This document shows, one piece after another, positions 53,641 through 64,000 of a stretch of DNA of 64,000 nt (the stretch's first letter is position 1; each line of letters opens with the position of its first letter). This DNA comes from Octopus bimaculoides (lineage: Eukaryota). Made by a program: the position numbers and the translations under genes. The notes under the pieces were generated by a model. It was not told the origin of the DNA and made no database searches. It saw nothing but the letters and a program-made list of their open reading frames with translations. The stretch lies in contig NC_068989.1 of assembly GCF_001194135.2 (NCBI RefSeq), positions 13,396,972 through 13,460,971 on the forward strand, given 5' to 3'.

Positions 53641-55078
53641 GTAGTGAATTTGAAAAGAGAGACCTTCGTCAGTGAAATAAAATAAAATAAAATACAATAA
53701 AATAAAAACAAAATAAAATAAAAAGAAATAATCTCCAGTGAATGTCACCGCTTAAACCATTCGTCTTCTGTTCCTTATGTAACGTATCCTTTTGTTTATC
53801 ATCATATTTCTCATTCATACAAAAAACGGGCACCGGTTTCAATTGAAAAAAGACAACGGCAAAAAAGGTACAAAAAACATGAAGCAAAACAAAAAGAAAT
53901 AATAAAAGAAAAACAGCGGTTTTTGGAAAATAAATAGACAGACGGCAGCAGTTATAAACGAGACGTATGTAGAATCAATTTAATTTGATAATAATTATAT
54001 TAGCCAGTCTTACAAGGAGCGCCCTTTCAACGAATGGAGATGTGATTCTGTGTTTTGTCTTATAGCCTTCAGCTGCAAATTATACAATATTTCATATGGA
54101 GGCATTTTTGTTTTTTTCGTTTTCAGTTTTTGCTTTCTACATTTCATTTTACCATATGTATGTTTTGATTTCGATTTTTGTTCTTATGTTTGTATATTTT
54201 TTTGCGTTACTCCCCCACCCCTACTCTATAGAGTTATAACTGGTTCTTCTTATTTCGGTGTGTTGCTTGTGTATAAAGCACCTGTGTTACAATCCTTCTT
54301 CGTCTACTACCTGCTGTTACAGGAAATACCATTGGAAAGACTAGCAACCGTTCCTTTTATGTTATGTTTTTTTTATTTTTATTCACGAAAACAACATAAT
54401 CGTATTTACATATTCATATGAATGAGTTGGTCATTGTTTTCATAAATAACACCGAAGATAATCGTGATATTTTGAAAGAAGGATGCAGTGTTTGTGAGAC
54501 GCATGCCCATACTTCGCAGAATGAATCAGTTCCTAGTTGAACTTACGTACACACGCATATTTGTACACAAATACAAGCACACAAAACAAATAGCAACCTT
54601 CACATACACACACACACACGAACACACGCATACATACATATCTGTGAACATTACAATTTTTCAAGCTAAAATGACTCTAAAAGTTACTTGGTGGCTTTGG
54701 ATTTCGTGTATAGCTCACGTCAAAACAAACATTTTCGGAAAACGCAAGGATCTTTACCCTTTGAATGGCACATCGAGAAATTAATTTTTTGTAATTAAAC
54801 ACTTTCAAACTTCGGACGTTGGTAGAATGTGTCATATAAAACATCTTTTAATCTTAGTACAGTTGAGAAAAGTTTGCACGAACGGTTGTGGTGGTGTCAT
54901 GAAGTAAACATGCTTCAGCTACACTCGTTTATTTATACAAACGTAACTGAGATGAAATATATCATAAATAACAGTGACAAACGAAATATACACCGCCGGA
55001 AGTTGTTGTTGACAAACAACAGTAATAATTTTATTCAGCTGAATACATATGTGAACGCATACGTACATATACATAGAC

Positions 55079-55130
<52 letters not shown>

Positions 55131-55254
55131 TTGCATATATGTACATACACACACATATGTGAACGGATACATACATATACATAGACATATGTATATATGT
55201 ATATANNNNNNNNNNNNNNNNNNNNNNNNNNNNNNNNNNNNNNNNNNNNNNNNN

Positions 55255-55302
<48 letters not shown>

Positions 55303-55869
55303 ATATATATATATACATATATTGTACATACATATGTGTGTATCTTGTGAGAGGGCATATTTGGATGGATGGATGTGTGTATGTACATATATATATAACG
55401 TATTTCAGAATGCTCATCTAAGTTTTCTAACCGAGATTTCCTCTAATCAGTAATGATTCCATACTTAAGCATTGACTGTCGAAATTATAAAGAGGAAGTT
55501 GCGTAGCGTTAAAGTAGCTTACGAGATGAATTAACTATTTAAACGCTGCGAAATGGGCTGCTGTGAGGCTATAACTGTGACATATCTTAACATATTTTGA
55601 TATGGTTTACATATTGTCTAGTAAAAGCTTTATTTAGTAAAGGACCTGAGATGTGATAATGCCACGCCTTACATACTTTTCCTTCGGGAATTAATGGCAG
55701 ACATATAGTGCAATAGATTTAGCTGATTGATGTAGCTGTATAGCTGTGTAAGAAGACTTTACTTCGCACAGTAAGCTGATTCCCATATGGTAGACATCCT
55801 ACCAAGTAAGTACTTACTGTTGTAAAAATGAAATTAGTTTATTTGATTGGCTAATAAAGTGCAAGTAAA

Positions 55870-56100
55870 GGATTTTAGTCTAATATGTTGGTTTCAAATT
55901 TTGGCTGAAGTCCTGCAAGTTCTACTTACGTGGGATTCCGGGGCCGATTACGTCGACCCCAGTTTCTCTCAAATGGTACTTATTTTATCGGCCCTGAAAG
56001 AGATAAAAAGAAATTCGACATCGGCAGAATTTGAACTCAGGACGTAAAGACGGACGAAATGATGCTAAGCATTTTGTTCGGCATGCTAACGATTCTGCTA
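55870..56100 (-). mobile_element. Family B-related SINE
   Basis: GTCGACCCCAG..GGTACTTATTTTATCG..GAATTTGAACTCAG..GACGGACGAAAT..GCTAACGATTCTGC. Confidence 0.85.
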
Positions 56101-56150
56101 ACGTGTGTCCCTTTTCTAATCAAATATATCATCACCGCTAGGGTCTAAGT

Positions 56151-56280
56151 CAGTGGTCCTCAACCAGGGACCATCTGGCCCCTGAGAGTCCATATAAGAT
56201 TTTTGGGTTCCAAATAACGAAATAGTAAATTGGGGATCCACATTAATATGTTAAGGGCCCCTGCAAAAATTTTGTTTTAG
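56151..56280 (+). mobile_element. hAT-type non-autonomous DNA transposon left end
   Basis: Starts CAGTGGTCCTCAACC, typical of hAT/Charlie-like TIRs; no right TIR found. Confidence 0.45.
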
Positions 56281-57137
56281 ATGTGTGTATTGGCCTTTAT
56301 TGCAAGGAACAGCTAGATTTCTTTCTCGCACGTTTCACATGATATATCAGCTGTGGGGTACGTGTGTTAGAGAAGGAGAGACGCCGTGATGGTCTGACTT
56401 CTCCTCATCGATGCCCACGTATTGTAACAATTTTGTAAGCAAGTTTGTAAGTCTGATAATAGTCTGGTTAGTTTTAAAAGTTATTGCACCAAGTAGACTT
56501 ATGCTCCTTGGTTTCTCTTAAGTGCTCTCTCGTTCGACCACATTAAAAACAGGGCATTTTTTAATACATCTGTATAAGGATTTTTAAATTGTGTCTCATA
56601 CGCCGGCAGATAGGTACATACACGCATATATTCAAGCATGCATGTATACAGAGAACGATATAGTATATTCCGGTCGAGGTACTTTTATAGGATTTGAGAG
56701 AGTGAGAGAGAGAGAGAGAGAGAGAGTGTGTGGGGGGGGGGAAATATAGGTAGAGAGATGAACAAACAATCAAATATAAAGAAAGGGAAAAAAAGGAACG
56801 AAGAGTGGAAGAAATAATCAGGCGAATATAAAGGCTAATAAGAAACACAAACAGAAACAGGGATTGTGAAGGTGTTGAACGAATCAATTCACATGGCGCA
56901 GCTGTCGTACTTCTCAAGGATTCTGCCTACATCCCGCATTAATAATGATAATTATTGGGATGGTAATGATAATAAAAATCGCTTATTCGGGCTGCAAGCT
57001 GAGTGACGAAAACATTTTGAATGCACTCCTTCATTTTCCTGGGATTGATGGCTTATGAAGTTATGTTATATTTAAGACGTATCCGGTTGTGATCCAAATC
57101 CATAACGAGGAGATTTTCCTACTTTCAATTTCGTCAG

Positions 57138-57282
57138 AAATTTCTCTGCTTGGTGACTATGACAGGACGAATTGCATGGCGGTGAAGATTAACACAAATG
57201 AAGAGTCAATATATTCTAGTCCATGTCCATACCTTTATCAGTTCCTGCAAGTGCCACATGGAAAAGAATGTGGTTGTGGAGA
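57138..57282 (+). CDS. Candidate Cys-containing exon (ISLLGDYDRTNCMAVKINTNEESIYSSPCPYLYQFLQVPHGKECGCG)
   Basis: CTTTCAATTTCGTCAG acceptor, GTAAGA donor, only one frame open over 145 nt; an internal alternative acceptor exists. Confidence 0.27.
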
Positions 57283-57764
57283 GTAAGAAGACTGGTCATT
57301 ATGGTAAATTTGGCCCAAGTGAACGAGCCTTCATTCAGTATACTCTTGAAGGCTAGAAAATATGGATGTAATAGTTAACGTACCTTTGTCAGTAAAGGTG
57401 ACACGAAAACTGCGAGTTGTCTTACTCACTTTAAGTAGCTGTCATATTGGGATTTATCCATTCATTTCACTAATCGTCTGCCGCTCGTCCTTATAACAAA
57501 GAACAAAGCGTATATAGGTCAGTCAGCGAGTTGATAGAATTGTTAGTACCATAAATAAAGAGGAGAATAGCTTCTTTGCTTTTTACCTTTTCTCTTTTAT
57601 TTTGCCTTTTCTGTTCAAAAGCCACTGTGTTCTACTTTGTCTTAAAATACTTTCGAGAAGATCGATAAAATAAATACTGTTTGAGTGCGGTGACGATGAA
57701 ATCGAATTCCCTTTCCTTTCAAATTGATGGCCATGTCAATGTTAGTAAGAAATATCAATGAAAA

Positions 57765-57940
57765 TTAGTATTTTCTGAGTTCACAAGCCGCTGATGTCAA
57801 CCTCGTCATTTATCTTTGCGGGGGTCGATAAAATAAGTACAAGAGATGAGCGCTGAGGTCGACTTTCTAGACAAACCTTCCGGCCGTCAAAATTTTAGCC
57901 CTTGTAACTATAAGCTATAGCAGAAAATCTATTGTAATTA
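57765..57940 (+). mobile_element. Degraded family B-related SINE
   Basis: TTCTGAGTTCAC..GGGGTCGATAAAATAAGTAC. Confidence 0.7.
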
Positions 57941-58361
57941 TTAAGAACAAATAATAATTTATCCTAGAACAGGAAGTGTGAGTAATATGAAATGAATTCT
58001 TCACAGACGAAGCAATATTTCCGAAAACAGACGCGCATCCATCACAGAGGATGATCAAAATGAGATCGAAATGACGTGAGCTGATGGTCTCCGAACTGGA
58101 ATATTTGGGGATTCTCTCCCCGCTTGCAATATGTATTGAGGGTGAAGCGTACTGAATAACTAGCTGTAAGAGGAGTCCTACTGGGCTTAAAAATGCAGTA
58201 TCATTTGTTCTTATAGAACACCCACGTTCAGGTAGCGATAGCTATATAATTTATTGATCTTTCAATATTTGGCTAGAGAATTTGAGGAAGAATATTAGAA
58301 GTAATTGAGAATATATGAATTCTGGGCAATGATGACGACGACGACGACGACAACGACGAGA

Positions 58362-58409
<48 letters not shown>

Positions 58410-58494
58410 ATGGTGATGATAATGAGGATGATGATGGTGACGACGACGATGGAACGCTGGCAATTTAGGATGAAAAAATGTTTGCAGTTAGGTT

Positions 58495-59720
58495 GTCAAT
58501 TGTGAAATGTTAGCAGCAATCGCAGCAATGGTAAAATGCTGTTTAGATGAAGATTATGAACTACGAGCAGTTGTGTTAATGAAGAAATACCGGAACAAAA
58601 CGAGACGATGATAAATTCCGGAAGTCAGAGGAATAGCAGTGATATATGAGCAGTCGCCATATTACTTGTCAAATACGAGAAGTTGTGTAATGATTGCATA
58701 ATATTGATTATTGTGAAATATATGCAGTCATAGTGTTGATAGGGAAAATTGAACAATGTCGAAGATGATGGTGAAATGTTGACTGATTGTATGGATATTT
58801 TATTTACTATTTCTAACAGGCCGTGCACCATTATGAAGTCCTGGTTAGCACTATATCGGTTAGTACTATTATTGAGGATGATAAAATATCGAACCGATGT
58901 CATCTTTGTATTTCGTCCCTTGGGTACGTTAAAATAAGTACCAGTCAGTTAAATCGACCAGACACTTTCTGAGAAATTTAAACGATTTCATCGACGAATC
59001 CTGCCCCCCTGATATTTAATGTATTTTGCTTATTTTAGACGAAATGGTGGTGCCAGTAATGCGATGATGGTGAAATATGGGTAGACATGCAGATTATAGT
59101 TAATGGCCGACAATAATGGCTCCGATCGTGAAATTTTAGTGGCGATTACAATACTGACCTTGTAAGTGTTATTGACATGTAATGGTAGTAGAATTAATAC
59201 CAATAGTGACATTTGTAGTAATTACAACAGGGAAATGTTGGCATTAATAGTAATGGTAGTTGAATTTTCTCTCCTAATGATTGTGTTATTGAAATATTGA
59301 AAATATTGACAGTGATGTTAATGACTGAGAGAGGTTGGCAGACATAGTAATGATCGTGAAATGTTAGCAGTCATGTTATCTATGTTGAAATGTTGGCAAC
59401 CATTGTGACGAGGATGAAATGTTGGCAGCGACAACTACGAAGGTGACATGATGTACTTTATAGTGTTAAGTGTAAAATATTGCCAGATAAGGTGAGGGTT
59501 GTGTAATGATTCTAGTCAGGATAACAATGGCGTAAAAAAAGCTAACAAACAATGGTTAATGACTGTGAAGTATTTGTAATAAAGAGGACGGTGGTAAAAT
59601 GTTTGGTAGTACTAATAAAATAAAATTTTGGCAGTAATGGTATCGATTTTAAACTGTTGGCATTAATAGTGACAGATTCATTGGTGGTATTATTGTATTT
59701 GATATTGACAGTGGTGCTGA
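58495..59720. repeat. Ancient degenerate tandem array (core TGAAATGTTGGCAG, ~30 bp period)
   Basis: About 15 variants of (G)TGAAATGTT(G/A)GCA seen between 58501 and 59710; interrupted by a SINE fragment at about 58905-58990. Confidence 0.7.
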
Positions 59721-60284
59721 AATAGCATCCATTTTCCTCTATTATTCTACGTATTAAATTTCAAATTTTTCAAAAGCTATTTTGGGAAAATTTAACAAAA
59801 GAATTTTTCAATATGAAACTTCTTTGTTTATTTTTTTCCCCCAACATCTCTATAATTCTTATAGTGGTTAATTACATTTCTTTGTTTTAAAGTTCAAAGA
59901 ATCCACAAAAGTTTACCTTATGGAATCATATATATTTTCCAGCATTTCTAGATCTCAGAATATATATACGCCCTTTCTTTTGTCTTCAATTGCTTTACGA
60001 CTTTCGCTGTACGTTTTTCTTCGACTTCCTTACTTCTCCTTTGTGTGTTTCCTCACTCGGTTTTTTTTTTCTTTTGGAAGCGATTATTGTTACTTCCGAT
60101 GACACAAAAGCGCGCTCACACACACAAACACCTACACAGGATCACAGACAATCAAGCATACACGTGCATGTATATAAATTGACATGGAAATATAGGTGCG
60201 AGTACATCTATGTGTGTAGCATTTTGTGTATATGTATACATCTTGTATATGTAGTATGTTGCTAAATATATACGTACTTATACA

Positions 60285-60335
<51 letters not shown>

Positions 60336-61120
60336 CACGCATATATAAATATATATATGTGTGTGTATTGTATTTATCTATGTATGTATGTGTGTGTGTA
60401 TGTATGTATGTATGTATGTATGTATGTGTGTGTGCATTGTAGTTATGTATGTATATCGTTCTTATATTAAATTTTTCCTTTCTGCTATTGTTCCTATTTT
60501 GTTTCCATTTCTAAGTCTTCTTTATTAAGTTACATTCTAATTGTTAATATTTTTTTAATTATTCACCAATTGATTTTGTGTATTTCTATTCATTTCATCA
60601 TTGTCTCGTTGTTGACATCGCAAATTTATTGTCTCTTGTTGTATATATATATATATATATNNNNNNNNNNNNNNNNNNNNNNNNNNNNNNNNNNNNNNNN
60701 NNNNNNNNNNNNNNNNNNNNNNNNNNNNNNNNNNNNNNNNNNNNNNNNNNNNNNNNNNNNNNNNNNNNNNNNNNNNNNNNNNNNNNNNNNNNNNNNNNNN
60801 NNNNNNNNNNNNNNNNNNNNNNNNNNNNNNNNNNNNNNNNNNNNNNNNNNNNNNNNNNNNNNNNNNNNNNNNNNNNNNNNNNNNNNNNNNNNNNNNNNNN
60901 NNNNNNNNNNNNNNNNNNNNNNNNNNNNNNNNNNNNNNNNNNNNNNNNNNNNNNNNNNNNNNNNNNNNNNNNNNNNNNNNNNNNNNNNNNNNNNNNNNNN
61001 NNNNNNNNNNNNNNNNNNNNNNNNNNNNNNNNNNNNNNNNNNNNNNNNNNNNNNNNNNNNNNNNNNNNNNNNNNNNNNNNNNNNNNNNNNNNNNNNNNNN
61101 NNNNNNNNNNNNNNNNATAT

Positions 61121-61443
61121 TTACTCTTTTACTCTTTTACTTGTTTCAGCCACTTGATTGTGGCCATGCTGGAGCACCTCCTTTAGTCGAGATAATCGAC
61201 CTATTCTTTGTTAGCCTAGTACTTATTCTATCGGTCTCTTTTTGCCGAACCGCTAAGTTACGGGGACGTAAAAACACCAGTATCGGTTGTCAAGCGATGG
61301 TGGGGGACAAACACAGACACACAAACACACACACACACACACATATATATATACATATATACGACGGGCTTCTTTCAATTTCCGTCTACCAAATCCACTC
61401 ACAAGGCTTTGGTCGGCCCTAGGCTATAGTAGAAGACACTTGC
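61121..61443 (-). mobile_element. Family A SINE, 5' truncated
   Basis: Tail to CORE-like block (GGCTATAGTAGAAGACACTTGC). Confidence 0.92.
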
Positions 61444-61576
61444 TCATATATGTGTTGTCGTGTTTGCGTTTCTCCTCCACACACCGTTTGGCAACCAGTC
61501 ACAGACAGATAAACACGCACACGCACGCTCGCATGCATACCCACATTCACACAAACACACACACACACACACGCAT

Positions 61577-61654
<78 letters not shown>

Positions 61655-61729
61655 GTTCACGTTTGGCGACAGGTTGCAGAAGCTCGTCCTTACCTAACCA
61701 CTTCTTATGTACGTTATGATTGTAGAAAA

Positions 61730-61925
61730 ATATTGGATTATTGCACGCTCCAGTTCATGGCTCACTTGCTGTTCTCGAGACTCTTCATCACCCGATATCT
61801 GGTGGAAGCTTCTGTGAAGTCCTCGCCTCGAAGGACAAGAACTAGTATGAGCGTGGAATCAAAGGACTGACCGAAGTTTGGCTTCAAACGATCCAACACG
61901 ATGACCTCTAGTTTGAATGCTAGGC
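61730..61925 (+). pseudogene. Mariner transposase C-terminal remnant
   Basis: ..LHAPVHG..LASKDKN*YERGIKGLTEVWLQTIQHDDL*FEC* matches the mariner end FFASK...Y.RGI..L.ERW...I..DG.YFE*. Confidence 0.8.
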
Positions 61926-62712
61926 CACGGAGAAAGCTAACAAGATATCAATATATTGCTAAACTTTTGGCTCAACACAATACATTTCCACACTTTGATT
62001 ACAATAATTACATCAAAACATCATTTGTGAACATGTGTCAATCATTCCTTTTCTTTGTTTAATATGTCTATTTTTTATTTTTATATCTTTCTCTGGCATC
62101 TGTCAATTTTTTCTCATTGTCTTATGGATGTTCCTTACTTATGCAGTTGAAGCATTTTACCCCAATACAATTCGTTTCACTTTTTCTATTCTCCTTCATA
62201 CGCACACTCGCACATACACATTTGTTTTCATGCAAAATCATTCGTTTTATTCCAACACCTTCTGCAGCTTCATTAGTTATACTCTATTTGCCACGTCACT
62301 AATACTAATCTCTTTATGCCGTGTTCAGCATGTGTAACACAACACTAAACTCAGATCGGTTTGTTTTCAAAGCAGGTTTTCGTGATGCGAATATAAATGA
62401 GAATGACAGAAGATTACTCCCAATAAGCTTGTGTAACACCTTACTTAATAAGTCGTTTGTTTTACTGGTGAATAGCTGGCATCTACTTTCCTCATTTTTC
62501 TTTTATTTTCCTATTTGTTAATAACTGAGGGATTACAAATCGGTTTCATCAGGTCTGTTTGATAAGAGATTTTATTTTCAATCCGGTCAATTACTTGGTT
62601 TTATATATGCTTAAATATCGATTTCTTTCTATAATGCAACAAAGATAAACGGAATGTAAGCTACCCAAACGATACATAATATACCTATGTGTGTGTGTAT
62701 GCATACACATAG

Positions 62713-62754
<42 letters not shown>

Positions 62755-63484
62755 NNNNNNNNNNNNNNNNNNNNNNNNNNNNNNNNNNNNNNNNNNNNNN
62801 NNNNNNNNNNNNNNNNNNNNNNNNNNNNNNNNNNNNNNNNNNNNNNNNNNNNNNNNNNNNNNNNNNNNNNNNNNNNNNNNNNNNNNNNNNNNNNNNNNNN
62901 NNNNNNNNNNNNNNNNNNNNNNNNNNNNNNNNNNNNNNNNNNNNNNNNNNNNNNNNNNNNNNNNNNNNNNNNNNNNNNNNNNNNNNNNNNNNNNNNATAT
63001 ATATACTATTCATGTACAGACTTACTTACATACACAGACAATGTACAAAAGTGTATGATTGAAAATGAAGCCGATTTAGCATTTACCCAACGAAATAAAT
63101 GTCAGCAATTTGTTCGATTGTAGATTTTGGTAAACAGAGATTTATAGCAGAGCAAATGGTCAAATCCGATATGATGTCGACTTAGCAATAACGACATGGC
63201 TTTCAATTGTTACAAATAGCATAAGCGTAAAATGAATAACGTTTACCATTTAGTTTTAACGCTTCACGTTGCGAGATCAAATTCTATCATAGCTGATGTA
63301 CTTTTCATTTTCCACACAATATTTACTACAAATATATGTTTCATTGTTGCCCTAAAGATATAAGCAAATAATACAAGAAATTAATTAGTATACTCTAAAA
63401 TTAGTTGAGCATCTCTATGAGTACGATCTTAGAAGACACCTAGTCGACCCATATATGCCCATAAATAATATTCACTATATTTAG

Positions 63485-63585
63485 ATTAAACGTTATGGTA
63501 AGCTTTCACAACCTGGAAGAGAAGGACAGTATGCAACTGTCGACTACCTACTGAACATTTCGTATGCTCAATCAGATGCTTCCCG
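63485..63585 (+). CDS. Candidate exon (IKRYGKLSQPGREGQYATVDYLLNISYAQSDAS)
   Basis: TTCACTATATTTAG acceptor, CCG|GTGAGA donor, only one frame open. Confidence 0.3.
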
Positions 63586-64000
63586 GTGAGATTATGTCCA
63601 AACTAGTAGGAGCAGGTTTTTCGTTGTGAAAACGCAACCAGGAGTATATATGGGTTAATAGCGTGTATTTAGACATCGTCATACAAGACTTTAGCTTCTA
63701 TTGCTATGCAGTGTAAAAATACATTACAAAATGCTTGCAATATATACACTCAGGTAGATCCAATCGACAATAGCCTTCCATCACAAACGAGTAATCTATG
63801 TGGGCATAGATAAAGTAATAAGTTTTGCATAGATTGATAGAGATAGATAGATAGAAAGATAGGTATGGATAGAGATATCTGTGTGTGTGTGTGTGTGTGT
63901 GTGTATGCGCTTCTGTTTAAATGCGTGTATGTATTTACATATTTACATACGTATGTATATATTTATGTATAGGTATATACATATATATATATATAAATAT

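Larger units (their letters stand above)
457..62996. other. 17 assembly gaps (about 6 kb of N) scattered through the window
   Basis: N-runs begin at 457, 4633, 12385, 17795, 20460, 24550, 25575, 30284, 32942, 35724, 41724, 44875, 45580, 46746, 55206, 60661 and 62755; most abut (TA)n or other microsatellites. Confidence 0.98.

Noticed and set aside
56151-56400. Complete hAT MITE
   Set aside because: Only the left TIR-like end is visible; no right TIR or 8 bp TSD was found.
58495-59720. CRISPR array
   Set aside because: Repeats are short, degenerate and irregularly spaced, spacers are related low-complexity sequence, and there are no cas genes in this eukaryotic context.
230-63062. Most six-frame ORFs (YI/HT/CV/SL repeats and X-runs)
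   Set aside because: They are translations of dinucleotide or tetranucleotide microsatellites and N-gaps, with no coding signal.

Overview
AT-rich, microsatellite-saturated eukaryotic scaffold with 17 N-gaps (about 6 kb, most flanked by (TA)n or related repeats). The repeat repertoire (CORE-, Nin/Deu- and V-domain tRNA-SINEs amid TA/CA/GATA/TACA tracts) looks like an Octopus genome; this is an inference, not a database result. No complete gene, RNA gene or CRISPR array is supportable, and almost all ORF-track entries are microsatellite or N artefacts. Supportable content: about 20 SINE copies in several modular families (three with clear 14-17 bp TSDs), remnants of mariner, LINE endonuclease/RT and R4/Dong-like elements, a 320 bp foldback element, and three different Penelope-like (PLE) hammerhead ribozyme motifs. 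Best leads: (1) a PLE whose 3' region carries a tRNA-derived Pol III cassette between the GIY-YIG stop codon and a hammerhead, plus an ORF-less ~385 bp derivative that inserted as a unit with a TSD; (2) an unidentified ~195-codon decayed ORF directly upstream of a second hammerhead family. A few possible + strand exons of an unidentified gene are listed at low confidence.
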